NCBI GenBank assembly: GCA_016234805.1
Contig: JACRNU010000019.1
Span: 562-64,561 of the forward strand
Direction of reading: 5' to 3'
From: Elusimicrobiota bacterium
GTDB taxonomy: Bacteria; Elusimicrobiota; Elusimicrobia; UBA1565; UBA9628
Length of the DNA stretch: 64,000 nucleotides
This document shows positions 55,495 through 64,000 of this stretch, piece by piece. A program made the position numbers and the translations under genes. The notes below the pieces were generated by a model. That model searched no databases. It was not told the origin of the DNA and was given only the letters and a program-made list of their open reading frames with translations. How positions within the stretch are numbered: position 1 is the first letter of the stretch; the number at the start of each line of letters is the position of its first letter.

Positions 55495-55949
55495 GACATC
55501 CTCCTTGGACCAGGGACAGCGAATTGAAGGCCTCCGCAGGACCAGAGCCTGCTGATAGCAGCGCCGGCCGCCACAGTCGCGACATAAGAAAGGAACGCCG
55601 CCCCCAGCAGAGGCAGCTTGAAGGACTTGAGCACCAGGGCCAGGGCATGGGCGACCACGGCCAAGGTCCGGCCAAGGCCGGGAAAGAACGCGCCCTCTCC
55701 CATGAAGGATGCCGCTCCTGAGTGAAGAGACGGAACCAGCCAGCCCAGGGCCAGGACGCACGGCAGGGCCAGAAGCCCGGCGTAGGCCAGTTGCAAAGGC
55801 GCAGGCCAGGTCCACCAGGCGCGCTTCCACCAGGGCAGGCCTTTCGCAGCTGCCAAGACCCTGGGAAGGAGCGTTGCCGGGGCTTTCAAGGCTGGAAGAG
55901 CCTTGAGCCGCTTGGCGAGAAGATCGTCCGGATCAGGCCGGATGCTCAT
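55491..55949 (-). CDS. Putative membrane anti-sigma factor
   Basis: 152 aa with N-terminal cytoplasmic region, then TM helices. ATGA-type overlaps with the ECF sigma gene upstream and the RDD gene downstream. Confidence 0.45.
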   Translation of the reverse strand: MSIRPDPDDLLAKRLKALPALKAPATLLPRVLAAAKGLPWWKRAWWTWPAPLQLAYAGLLALPCVLALGWLVPSLHSGAASFMGEGAFFPGLGRTLAVVAHALALVLKSFKLPLLGAAFLSYVATVAAGAAISRLWSCGGLQFAVPGPRRMS

Positions 55950-56476
55950 GCCTTCTCCCCAAGGAGAGCCTTGAGCGCCCCCCTGCCCCTGAAGATGTCC
56001 GTCTTGACCTTTCCCAGGGAGATGTCGAGCTTGGCCGCGATGTCCTCGTAGCTCATGTCCTCGAAATGGAACAGCACCAGGGGCGCTCGCTGGTGGTCGG
56101 GGAGCTTCAGAAGGGCTTCCTGCAGATCCCCTGCTTCGGCCCCGGATGGGATTTCCATGACCGCTGAGTCCGGCTCAGCGAGTCGTTCCTCAATGCCGGC
56201 TGAATCCTCCTCCGAAAGCTGGCTGAAGAGCTTCCAGCGGCTCCGATGCCTGTTAAGGTGGTTCAAGGAAAGATTCGCGGCCACGGTCCTCAGCCAGGCC
56301 CCGGCGCCAAGGCTTCCCTGCAGGGACTCGAAGCGCTCAAAAGCCTTCAGGAAAGTCTCCTGGCTGACGTCCTCGGCATCCGGTCCCCTGCCGAGGAGCC
56401 TGGCCGCCGTGGTGTAGACCATGTCCTGGTATCTCCTGACGAATCCCTCGAATTCAGCGGGGTCGCAAGCCATCAC
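55946..56476 (-). CDS. ECF (sigma-70 family group IV) sigma factor
   Basis: Region 2 (FEGFVRRYQDMVYTTAARLL...DVSQETFLKAF) and region 4 HTH (LVLFHFEDMSYEDIAAKLDISLGKVKTDIFRGR). Confidence 0.85.
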   Translation of the reverse strand: MMACDPAEFEGFVRRYQDMVYTTAARLLGRGPDAEDVSQETFLKAFERFESLQGSLGAGAWLRTVAANLSLNHLNRHRSRWKLFSQLSEEDSAGIEERLAEPDSAVMEIPSGAEAGDLQEALLKLPDHQRAPLVLFHFEDMSYEDIAAKLDISLGKVKTDIFRGRGALKALLGEKA

Positions 56477-56558
56477 CGCTCCACCATAACAACACGCGGA
56501 CAGGGAAAAAGTTTCACCAGAACGCGCGCCGCCACATGGCTAGGCTATAATATCCGCC

Positions 56559-57620
56559 ATGAGCGCCGCGACCCTGGGACGCAGGCCCGAACTCCTGGCC
56601 CTGCTCTCAGCGGTCTTCTTCGGAGCGAGCATCCCGCTTTCCAAGATCCTGCTCGGCCAGACCCATGCCCTGGCCCTTTCCGGCCTCCTCTATATGGGCA
56701 GCGGCATGGCCCTGTCAGGACTGCTCCTGACAGGCCGCTTCATGGGCCGCGGAATGACCGAGGCGCCCCTGTCCCGCGACGACGCGCCCTGGCTGGCCGG
56801 AGCCATCCTCTGCGGCGGCGTGCTCGCCCCGCTATGCTTCCTCACCGGACTCGACCGGACCCCGGGTTCGACAGCGTCTTTGATGCTCAACCTGGAGACC
56901 CCTTTCACGGTCCTGCTGGCAGCGCTCTTGTTCCACGAAGCGATCGGCGGATTCGCCTGGGGGGCGCTGGCCTGCGCCCTGGCTGGAAGCCTGCTCCTCT
57001 CCTATGATGCCGGACCAAGCGGAGGAGGGTTGAGGGGCCCGGTCCTGCTCGCCGCTTCCTGCGGCCTCTGGGCCATGGACAACAACCTCACAAGGAACAT
57101 CAGCCACAAGGACCCGGTGTCCGCGTCCGCCATCAAGGGCCTGGCAGCCGGAACCGCGCTCCTGGGCCTCACCGCGGCCTTTGGAGTGCCCCTGCCTGAT
57201 GCCAGGCGGATCCTCGCGGCCCTGGCCGTCGGAGCGGTCTGCTACGGCGCGAGCCTTGTCCTTTTCGTCCGCTCCCTGAGAGCCCTCGGCACGGGCCGCA
57301 CCGGCATCATCTTCGCCACCGGCCCCTTCATCGGGTCCCTGGTCTCCATCGTGGTCCTGGGAGAGCCCGTGAAAGCCTCCCTGCTGGCCGGGGGTGTCCT
57401 CATGGCTGCCGGGACCTGGCTCCTCCTTCGCGAGGATCACGGCCATGACCACAGGCACGAGCGGCACGAGCACGACCATGGCCACACCCACGACGACCAC
57501 CACGGCCACGAACACGCCGAAGACGGCGTGGAAGGCGAGCACAGCCACCCCCACCTGCATCCCGAACTCGAACACAGCCATCCCCACCGGCCGGACATCC
57601 ACCACCGGCATCCGCACTAG
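56559..57620 (+). CDS. EamA/DMT-superfamily transporter with His-rich C-terminal tail
   Basis: Ten TM helices in two EamA halves, and a C-terminal HGHDHRHERHEHDHGHTHDDHHGHEH tail. Confidence 0.75.
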   Translation: MSAATLGRRPELLALLSAVFFGASIPLSKILLGQTHALALSGLLYMGSGMALSGLLLTGRFMGRGMTEAPLSRDDAPWLAGAILCGGVLAPLCFLTGLDRTPGSTASLMLNLETPFTVLLAALLFHEAIGGFAWGALACALAGSLLLSYDAGPSGGGLRGPVLLAASCGLWAMDNNLTRNISHKDPVSASAIKGLAAGTALLGLTAAFGVPLPDARRILAALAVGAVCYGASLVLFVRSLRALGTGRTGIIFATGPFIGSLVSIVVLGEPVKASLLAGGVLMAAGTWLLLREDHGHDHRHERHEHDHGHTHDDHHGHEHAEDGVEGEHSHPHLHPELEHSHPHRPDIHHRHPH

Positions 57621-57653
57621 GCCGGCGCAAGCGCCGGCCTAGTCCCGGCGCTC

Positions 57654-58763
57654 TCAGGCCTTCCGCAGCAATGCCAGCACTTCAACATGGTGGGTGAGCG
57701 GGAAGAAGTCATAGGGCAGGAGCCGCTCCACGACCAACCCGTCAGCTTCGAGATCCCGGAGGTCCCGGGCCAGGGTGCCGGCGCTGCAGGACAGGTAGGC
57801 TGCCCGCTCCGGGGCCATGGAGGAGACCCACTGTCGGACCACGGGCTCCAGTCCGCCGCGCGGCGGGTTCACCGCCAATAGACGCCGCTCGCCGCGATGC
57901 TCCGCCAGAAAAGCATCGAGTTGCGGAAGCCTTAGGCCGCAGGCTCCGCGCAAAACCCTGGCCCCGGGCGCATTGGCCTGGCCGCACTCCACAGCCTCGC
58001 CTGAAAGCTCGACCCCGACGCAGGCCGCGCCAGCCGCGGCGGCCCGGGCCAGGCCCTTGCCGATGCCGCAATACAGGTCCACAAAGACCGCGCCGGGTCC
58101 GGGCCTGAGGTGGCTGTTCATGGCATCCAGGGCCGAGCCGTGCAGGGCTGCCTGCGGCTGGCTGAACGCGGTCGGCCCGTGCAGAGCGCCCTGCGAGTCC
58201 CGCGAGCGCGGCACGCCCCAGAGCAGTTTCCAGCCGCTCCTGCAAAACAGCCGGCGGCCTGCTGACGGATGAAGGTGAAGCCACAATCCTTCCACGCCCA
58301 GGAATCCGAGACGCGGCCCCAACGCTGGTGCCCACCCGGCATCGGCTGAGCGGGCTTTCACGATCAGGGTGACCTGGGCGCCTGAGACCGCTACGAACGC
58401 CAGCGGGAACTCCGGCCCAGGAGGCAGGGCACGGGCCAGAGCAGCCAGGGCAGCGTTGACCCGGGGAGCGTGCACCGGGCAGTCCGGGATGGCCAGGAAC
58501 TCGTCTCGCCGGTCGCGGTGCCGCACCATGCCGAAGCGCCAGCCCGCGTCCCCATCCCAGACAGCATTGAGGCTTACTCGTTCGCGGTAGCCCAGGCTCC
58601 GCGATGCGGGCTCGAGGGCAGCCAGGCGACCCATCCAGGGCGCCAGCGCCGCGGCGAGGTAGGCCTGTTTTTGCGCCGCGCTCTCTTCAGCCGAGAGGTT
58701 CCGATGCCTGCACCCGTGGCAGGCGGGTTCGCAGCCGTGGGGCAGGGAAGGCAAGTCCATCAT
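57654..58763 (-). CDS. RumA/TrmA-family RNA (uracil-C5) methyltransferase
   Basis: N-terminal Cys cluster (CEPACHGCRHRN), SAM fold (DLYCGIGKG), and NPPRGG catalytic motif. Confidence 0.65.
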   Translation of the reverse strand: MMDLPSLPHGCEPACHGCRHRNLSAEESAAQKQAYLAAALAPWMGRLAALEPASRSLGYRERVSLNAVWDGDAGWRFGMVRHRDRRDEFLAIPDCPVHAPRVNAALAALARALPPGPEFPLAFVAVSGAQVTLIVKARSADAGWAPALGPRLGFLGVEGLWLHLHPSAGRRLFCRSGWKLLWGVPRSRDSQGALHGPTAFSQPQAALHGSALDAMNSHLRPGPGAVFVDLYCGIGKGLARAAAAGAACVGVELSGEAVECGQANAPGARVLRGACGLRLPQLDAFLAEHRGERRLLAVNPPRGGLEPVVRQWVSSMAPERAAYLSCSAGTLARDLRDLEADGLVVERLLPYDFFPLTHHVEVLALLRKA

Positions 58764-58807
58764 CGGTTTCCGATGGTATCATAACAAGCTATACTCTCCT
58801 TGCCAAA

Positions 58808-59806
58808 ATGAAAAGCAAGCCGGCTGTCGACGTCTACGGCATCGGCAACGCTCTCATCGACATCCAGATGGCGGTTGAGGATCCCGTCCTCGACGCCATC
58901 TTCTCAGGCCCGCCCAAGGGCGGCCCGGAGAAGATCGGCAAGGGCAACATGCACCTCGTGGATTCCGGCTTCCAAGGGGAGCTCATCGGGAGGCTCGAAG
59001 GCCGCGACCGCGCCACCGTATCGGGCGGGAGCGCGTGCAACACCATGATCGGCATCGCCCAACTCGGCTGCCCCGCGGCCTATTGCGGCAAGGTCGCGGA
59101 CGATTCCTTCGGCTGGTTCTTCGGCAAGGACCTCACCGCGGCAGGCGTGGTCTACGGAGTGCCTCCGGGAAGGAAGGGCACCGGCACCTGCGTGGTGCTG
59201 GTCACCCCGGACGCCCAGCGCACCATGTTCACGAACCTGGGCATCAGCATCGAGCTGACCCCCGCGGACCTGGACCTCGACGCCATCGCCAAGGCGAAGT
59301 GGGTCTACATCGAGGGCTACCTCTGGGACGCTGCCGGCCCCAAGGCCGCTTCCGAACTCGCCATGGAGCACGCCAAGAAGCACGGCGTGAAAGTGGCTTA
59401 CAGCTTCTCTGACTCTTTCTGCGTGAACCGGGCCCTCGCGGACTTCCGGAGGTTCACCAAGGAGTACGTGGACCTCGTGTTCTGCAACCAAGACGAGGCC
59501 TGCGCCTTCGCGGGCCGGGATAACGCCGAGGAAGCGCTCTCTGAGATCGCGAAATACGACACAGGCGTGGCCCTAACCCTCGGAGCCGAGGGGTCCATCC
59601 TCGCCCTGGACGGCAAGCGCCACGACATCAAGCCCATCCCGGTCAAGCCCGTGGACACCACCGGCGCCGGGGACCTCTACGCCGCCGGGACCATCGCGGG
59701 CCTGTGCCGGGGACTCCCCCCACAAGAAGCGGGAACGCTGGGCGCGAGCATGGCCGCCAAGGTCATCGCCGTGCGCGGCGCCCGCATCCCCGCCTCGGCG
59801 CTCTAA
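58808..59806 (+). CDS. PfkB-family adenosine/carbohydrate kinase
   Basis: N-terminal GIGNALIDI, C-terminal anion-hole DTTGAGDLYAAG. Confidence 0.8.
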   Translation: MKSKPAVDVYGIGNALIDIQMAVEDPVLDAIFSGPPKGGPEKIGKGNMHLVDSGFQGELIGRLEGRDRATVSGGSACNTMIGIAQLGCPAAYCGKVADDSFGWFFGKDLTAAGVVYGVPPGRKGTGTCVVLVTPDAQRTMFTNLGISIELTPADLDLDAIAKAKWVYIEGYLWDAAGPKAASELAMEHAKKHGVKVAYSFSDSFCVNRALADFRRFTKEYVDLVFCNQDEACAFAGRDNAEEALSEIAKYDTGVALTLGAEGSILALDGKRHDIKPIPVKPVDTTGAGDLYAAGTIAGLCRGLPPQEAGTLGASMAAKVIAVRGARIPASAL

Positions 59807-59949
59807 CCGCAGTCTAGGCGGCCCAAGCGTCCGAGGGCGTTATCGTAAGTGCCGCCCCCAGAAGAACCGACGCCGGACGGGCCATTCCCGATGGTATCAT
59901 GAGTCCCATGCCCTTGGGAGCCGGTGAGCAGGGCTGGGAAGGAGCGGCC

Positions 59950-60471
59950 TTACGACAAGACCCGGTCCAGCACGGCGGATAGGGATAGCCTGGCCGCCCA
60001 ACGCCTGAGATAGGAGCGGTCGAGACGACTTTCCTCGTCCTCGATCTGCCTCTGGGATCCGCTTTCCACGCTCCAGCGCAATTTCGCCAGAATCAGGTCC
60101 TCCGGCGAGATGACGCTGACCCGCAGGCCGAAGACCTTCTCCTCGTGCCGCCTCCGAAAGGCGACCCGCCCATACTCGTCCCCGGAAAGAAGATAGAAAT
60201 CGACCTTGAAGCCCGAGTCCTTGTGGATCGCGTTGAAATGCCCGCCCGACTCCCGAGCCTCCTCCAGAGTCTCCGCGTCGAAGTAGAAGCCCTTCGCCAG
60301 AGCAGCGACCAAGGCCTTCATGCCCGCCGGCTTGATGGCGACCACCAAGTCGGCATCGAAAGTGGACCTGAGCCGTCCGTAGAGGTTGGAGGCATAGGAC
60401 CCGGTCAGCATGTAGGGCACGGCCAGCCGGTCAAGGACCCTCAGAACGGCGATGAGAGGCTCGTCGCTCAT
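59950..60471 (-). CDS. Pol-beta-superfamily nucleotidyltransferase (MNT-like)
   Basis: GS motif plus acidic pair (LTGSYASNLYGRLRSTFDADLVV), 173 aa. Confidence 0.55.
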   Translation of the reverse strand: MSDEPLIAVLRVLDRLAVPYMLTGSYASNLYGRLRSTFDADLVVAIKPAGMKALVAALAKGFYFDAETLEEARESGGHFNAIHKDSGFKVDFYLLSGDEYGRVAFRRRHEEKVFGLRVSVISPEDLILAKLRWSVESGSQRQIEDEESRLDRSYLRRWAARLSLSAVLDRVLS

Positions 60472-60752
60472 GCCGAGCCGTAGAACCTCGTGAAAAGCCC
60501 GCGGGGAAGCACGTGGGCAAGAACGCGCAAGCGCATGCGGCTGGCCGAAAGTCTCCCCTCGCGGGAGCGGATGCCGGCCTCCAGAAGCCTGAGGTTGGCC
60601 TCTCGAAGCGCTGCCGCGGCGCTGAGCCGCTGGTCCGGATTCATCCCCCTCAAGATGAGCGCCTGTCGATCCACCATTCTGCCATTCATGGGATCATTGT
60701 ACCAGAAGAGATACGTAGGAATCATAAGCGCCCGCGCATAACATAATGCCAT
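60468..60752 (-). CDS. Small protein with possible HEPN-like Rx4-6H motif (putative partner of the nucleotidyltransferase)
   Basis: 94 aa. SRMRLRVLAH fits Rx4-6H. Four-nt overlap with the downstream nucleotidyltransferase gene. Confidence 0.35.
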   Translation of the reverse strand: MALCYARALMIPTYLFWYNDPMNGRMVDRQALILRGMNPDQRLSAAAALREANLRLLEAGIRSREGRLSASRMRLRVLAHVLPRGLFTRFYGSA

Positions 60753-60940
60753 GGGAGGCCAGGATCTTGGCGGGAAAGGCCGGTTTTTCGAGGCCGGCTA
60801 CGCGGCCGGGCAGAGCCCGGTTGCGCCGGGGTCTTCAGTCGGCGGGAAGGCTATCAATGAAGTGCGGCTCAATCCGCGCTCGCGCTCGGCGCGGTTTTGG
60901 CGCGCGGTCAGGCGAAACGAAGGACCCTAGGAGGATACCC

Positions 60941-61366
60941 ATGCGGATTGACGCGGACAAGAGCAAGTGGACGGCGGCCAGCCGGCGCTCTCCACTGACG
61001 TCAGGGTACTACGAGGACGAGGAGTACCAATGCCGCAAATGCCGCCGCAAGGCCGTCTATTCGGCGCAAGAGCAAAAGCGGGACGCCGAAGAGCGCAAGC
61101 TCTACGTCTGGACGCGGCGGATCTTGTGCCCTGAGTGCCACCGCGCCAAGCTTAGGATCGACGCGCGGCTCAAGACCTACGAAGTACGGTGGCCGGCCAA
61201 GAAAAAGGAGCTCCACAACCTCGCGAACTTCGCCTCGGAGTGGATCCAGCTGCTCGAGGAAGCCGGCGCCTATTGGGCCAAGGCTCCCTTCGGGATGGTC
61301 AAGACGCTGCGGCCGATCGCGGAGCTCGGCCGGAAGCGGCGCTCCTCCGGCCGAAAAACCGGCTAG
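60941..61366 (+). CDS. Hypothetical zinc-ribbon protein
   Basis: AGGAGG Shine-Dalgarno before ATG 60941, and CRKCRRK...CPECH forms a CxxC/CxxC pair. Confidence 0.4.
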   Translation: MRIDADKSKWTAASRRSPLTSGYYEDEEYQCRKCRRKAVYSAQEQKRDAEERKLYVWTRRILCPECHRAKLRIDARLKTYEVRWPAKKKELHNLANFASEWIQLLEEAGAYWAKAPFGMVKTLRPIAELGRKRRSSGRKTG

Positions 61367-61608
61367 AGGTCGCTGTACTTCGTCATCTTCCCGCGGGCCT
61401 TGCGGACGGGATACTTGAGGGCGTTCTTCTTCATCTTCCTGAAGGCCGCGTCGATGAGGTCGATGCCCGTGACTTGGCCCAAGCGCAGAAGATAAAGATA
61501 GGTGTCGGCGAGCTCGTCGGCGAGCGCCTCGCGCCGTTGGGGCGTGAGCTTCGAGGCTTCCTTCTCGCTCAGCCACTGGAAGATCTCGACGACCTCTGCC
61601 GCGGGCAT
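61363..61608 (-). CDS. MazG-like nucleotide pyrophosphohydrolase domain protein
   Basis: EVVEIFQW...ELADTYLYLLRLGQVTGIDL...KMKKNALKY matches the small MazG/NTP-PPase family. Confidence 0.65.
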   Translation of the reverse strand: MPAAEVVEIFQWLSEKEASKLTPQRREALADELADTYLYLLRLGQVTGIDLIDAAFRKMKKNALKYPVRKARGKMTKYSDL

Positions 61609-61772
61609 GGCGGGAAGAATACAAAGCCTGCGCTGGGCTGACAAGCGCGTGAGGCCGGCGGGGGGCGCAGATAACGCCTAGACGGAATTATGATTATGCC
61701 GGCCTGGCGAGAAAAAATATCTAGAGTTATACTGATCGGTACAACCCACGTGTGTTCTGGGACACCTGACCC

Positions 61773-62354
61773 TTGATCCATATCCTCCTCGCCGCCGCGC
61801 TCGTCCCGGCGTTCGCGTCCGCCGACGCCCCGGCCTCGAAGCCGCTCGAGGACGCCGTCTGCTGCGGCAACAACCGCTACGAAGAAGCGCTCCGCCTTTT
61901 CCGCCGCATCAAGCGGCCCTCCGAGCAGGACCTCTACCTCGCGGCCTTCACCTGGATGCAGCTGCACGAGCCCGGCCGCGCCGTGCCCCTCTTAAAGCGC
62001 GCCTCCCAGAGCGGCTTCGCCGGGCTCGAGGGCTGGCCGACCTCCGCGGACCTCCTCGATCGCGCGGCGCGCTTCGAGAAAGCCAAGCCGCCTCTCCGCG
62101 CCGCCCAACCCGCGCGGCGGATCACGATCCACGCGCCGAAGGGAGGCGAGTGGAGCAAGAACATCATCGACGCCGTCACCGCGTGGGAGAAAGTCGGCCG
62201 GGACATCTTCGGCGCGGCCCTGCCGCCGATCGAGCTCTATCTCTTCGAGGAGCGCCCGTCCTTCGACGAATTTTACACGGCCGCTTTCGCCCTCCCGGCG
62301 CCGACCGATTGGCAGGACGCCACCGGCAACATCGGCATCGTCGTCGATTCGTAG
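61773..62354 (+). CDS. Hypothetical secreted protein
   Basis: Hydrophobic N-terminus (ILLAAALVPAFASA), no recognisable domain. Confidence 0.3.
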   Translation: MIHILLAAALVPAFASADAPASKPLEDAVCCGNNRYEEALRLFRRIKRPSEQDLYLAAFTWMQLHEPGRAVPLLKRASQSGFAGLEGWPTSADLLDRAARFEKAKPPLRAAQPARRITIHAPKGGEWSKNIIDAVTAWEKVGRDIFGAALPPIELYLFEERPSFDEFYTAAFALPAPTDWQDATGNIGIVVDS

Positions 62355-62390
62355 GCGGCATAAGCGGCCGGATGTAACACAATGAATAAG

Positions 62391-62426
62391 GTTCTATCGG
62401 CAGTGCGGCAGCATTGCTGATAGAAC
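62391..62426. repeat. Inverted repeat GTTCTATC-N20-GATAGAAC near the 3' side of the IS91-family transposase (candidate oriIS-type end)
   Basis: Contains a GTTC tetranucleotide; a second small palindrome GGATT-N9-AATCC lies at 62456-62474. Confidence 0.3.
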
Positions 62427-62670
62427 ATATTGAGCGAAGCCGCTTCGCCGCTATGGGGATTCTATCAGAAAATCCGGCGGGGCAGCGTTGAAGACGTGCC
62501 CGATGACGTGCGTCGGCGGGGCAGAGATGTGATGGTTGGGCAAGGCAATGCCATGGCGTGTGAGACAAGAAGGACGTCCCGGACGTGAGAACGGCGGTCG
62601 AAGACAGCAGGGCCTGATCGCTGCGCAGATGGAGCGATTGTCATTGAAGATGACGCCGTGAGGTGGCTGG

Positions 62671-63921
62671 TCATGAAGAGTCGAAGACCTCGGGCCACCA
62701 GGCCCGAAGCAAGACGGCGGGAACCTTTTGCAGTTCGGCGACGACCAGCATAGTACCCTTCCCGCAGTCCGGGCACCGGGCGAGGTCCTCGCCGGTGAGT
62801 TCCCGCAGGCGCTCCTGGGGCGATTGTCCTTCCGGCTCGGGGACGTCGGGAGCCATGCCCAGCAGTTCACGGCAGCGCTTGAGGTCCGAAGCCTTGGCGC
62901 GATTGGCGAGGAACCCGAAATGGCGGATGCGGACAAAGGCAGGCGGGAGCGCATGGAGGAGGAAGCGGCGGATGAACTCGTCGGCCTGGAGGGTCAAGGG
63001 CTTGATGACGTTGCCGTGGGTGCGGTCGCAGAACCTGAACGTGACGGCTCCGTTTTGGACGTTGAGGATGCGGTCGTTGGAGATGGCGACGCGGTGGACG
63101 TAGCGCGCGAGGTAGCCGAGGACCTTGCGGGGTCCTCCGAAGGGAGGCTGGGCATAGACGATCCAGTTCTTTTGGTAGAGCGGGTCGATGAGGCTGAAGA
63201 AACCTTCCGGGGTTGCCCACTGGACCGTTGAGCCCGGGAAATGGAGCTTGCCTTGGGCGAAGGCCTCTTTGAGTGCCCCGAGGTACTTGGCTCGGAAGAC
63301 GAGGGCGAGGTTGCGTACGGGGAAGAGGAACTTCTTGGGCGCGTGGACCCAGTGCTCGCCGTCTGGGGAGAGGACGCCGGCCGGGATGAGGCAGTGGAGG
63401 TGGACGTGCTGGAGGAGCTTCTGGTCCCAGGTGTGCAGGACCGCGATGAAGCCGAGCTTGCCGCCGAGGCGGCTTCGTGGGTCGCGGGCGAACTGCTGGA
63501 GGGTCTGGGCGACGCAGCGGAAGAGGGCGTCAAGGGCAAGAGGCTTGTTGCGCAGGATCAAGGGATTGAGCTCGTGGGGCAGGGTGAAGACGGCGTGGAA
63601 GTACGGCACGGGCAAGAGCTCGGCGGTGCGGGCGTCGAGCCATTGGGCCTTGGCGAGGGACTGGCATTTGGGGCAGTGGCGGTTGCGGCAGGAGTTGTAG
63701 GCTTGGCGCTCGAACCCGCAGCGGTCGCAGTGCTCGACGTGTCCGCCGAGTGCTGGGGTGCGGCAGTCAACAACGTCGCGCATGATCTTGGCCTGCGCGG
63801 GCGGCAGGGGATGGGAGCGGCCGAAGTCCCCGCCATGGAGGCGGAAAACGTCCGCCAGCTCCCAGCGCGGCCTTGTGCGGCCGGCCGACCCTGCCGCCCC
63901 AGCGGGGCGGTGGCACGGCAT
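62671..63921 (-). CDS. IS91-family (rolling-circle, HUH/Y2) transposase
   Basis: N-terminal zinc-binding domain HCDRCGFERQAYNSCRNRHCPKCQ, HUH-region HVHLHCLIPAGV, and a C-terminal Tyr region. Confidence 0.85.
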   Translation of the reverse strand: MPCHRPAGAAGSAGRTRPRWELADVFRLHGGDFGRSHPLPPAQAKIMRDVVDCRTPALGGHVEHCDRCGFERQAYNSCRNRHCPKCQSLAKAQWLDARTAELLPVPYFHAVFTLPHELNPLILRNKPLALDALFRCVAQTLQQFARDPRSRLGGKLGFIAVLHTWDQKLLQHVHLHCLIPAGVLSPDGEHWVHAPKKFLFPVRNLALVFRAKYLGALKEAFAQGKLHFPGSTVQWATPEGFFSLIDPLYQKNWIVYAQPPFGGPRKVLGYLARYVHRVAISNDRILNVQNGAVTFRFCDRTHGNVIKPLTLQADEFIRRFLLHALPPAFVRIRHFGFLANRAKASDLKRCRELLGMAPDVPEPEGQSPQERLRELTGEDLARCPDCGKGTMLVVAELQKVPAVLLRAWWPEVFDSS

Positions 63922-63932
63922 GGCTGGGCGCT

Positions 63933-64000
63933 TACTGTGACTGCGCCGGAATCGCCAGCAGATCCAGGGGGCTCATGGTCGATTCGACCTTCTTGCGCGT
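63933..64000 (-). CDS. 3' end of an ORF continuing beyond the window (partial)
   Basis: Minus-strand reading ...TRKKVESTMSPLDLLAIPAQSQ with stop at 63933-63935. Confidence 0.25.

Noticed and set aside
1-64000. Search for rRNA, tRNA and CRISPR arrays
   Set aside because: Intergenic spaces are short, mostly under 150 nt. No direct-repeat/spacer periodicity, no tRNA-like GTTCGAATCC T-arm and no rRNA-like conserved blocks were seen. The only tandem repeats are coding, in the His/Gly-rich gene.

Overview
This is a high-GC (~65%) bacterial chromosomal segment, coding-dense on both strands, with no rRNA, tRNA or CRISPR recognisable by eye. Its contents in order:

- **1–4.5 kb:** a lipid-A/fatty-acid cluster, fabZ–lpxA–lpxI(DUF1009)–Gfo/Idh/MocA oxidoreductase–lpxB.
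- **4.5–14.3 kb:** a ZIP-family metal transporter, a short Rel/SpoT enzyme, a caspase-domain (C14) lipoprotein, a DUF2130 protein, a deaminase preceded by a 34-bp perfect palindrome, a HAD hydrolase, and on the minus strand an NYN/YacP protein, a large membrane protein and rpmB.
- **14.3–23.9 kb:** recG, then a YbhGFSR-like efflux operon (TolC-like OMF, HlyD adaptor, two ABC ATPases, two ABC-2 permeases), rubredoxin and a cupin.
- **23.9–32.3 kb (minus strand):** a signalling cluster with six REC-domain proteins. It holds a split GspE/PilB-like ATPase with a C-terminal REC, a standalone MshEN-type domain, a CheY-like regulator, a hybrid histidine kinase, an OmpR-type regulator, a REC-GGDEF protein (motif GGDDF) and a REC–hotdog thioesterase. 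The thioesterase gene is truncated by an IS4-family insertion with 22-bp inverted repeats.
- **32.6–34.5 kb:** a secreted S8 subtilase.
- **34.6–49.1 kb (minus strand):** a copper/silver-type metal island. It contains CsoR, a DUF318 permease fused to HMA, a SAM methyltransferase, a CxxCH protein, CusCBA, three paralogous secreted proteins carrying a CPxCGM heavy-metal-binding domain, a His/Gly-rich repeat protein and a Cys-rich protein.
- **34.6–36.0 kb, at the proximal end of that island:** the most interesting locus. A radical-SAM/SPASM enzyme with an N-terminal RRE-like extension is preceded by a GC hairpin, an unannotated 24–29-aa three-cysteine peptide gene, and a near-consensus sigma70 promoter. 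The layout resembles PqqA/E or MftA/C peptide-modification systems, but the peptide matches neither.
- **49.2–52.9 kb:** cystathionine gamma-lyase and beta-synthase, then queG.
- **52.8–56.5 kb (minus strand):** an ECF sigma / anti-sigma / repeat–RDD membrane protein / acyltransferase-3 operon.
- **56.6–62.4 kb:** a DMT transporter, a RumA-like methyltransferase, adenosine kinase, a possible HEPN/nucleotidyltransferase pair and a MazG-like hydrolase.
- **62.4–64.0 kb:** an IS91-family element at the window edge.
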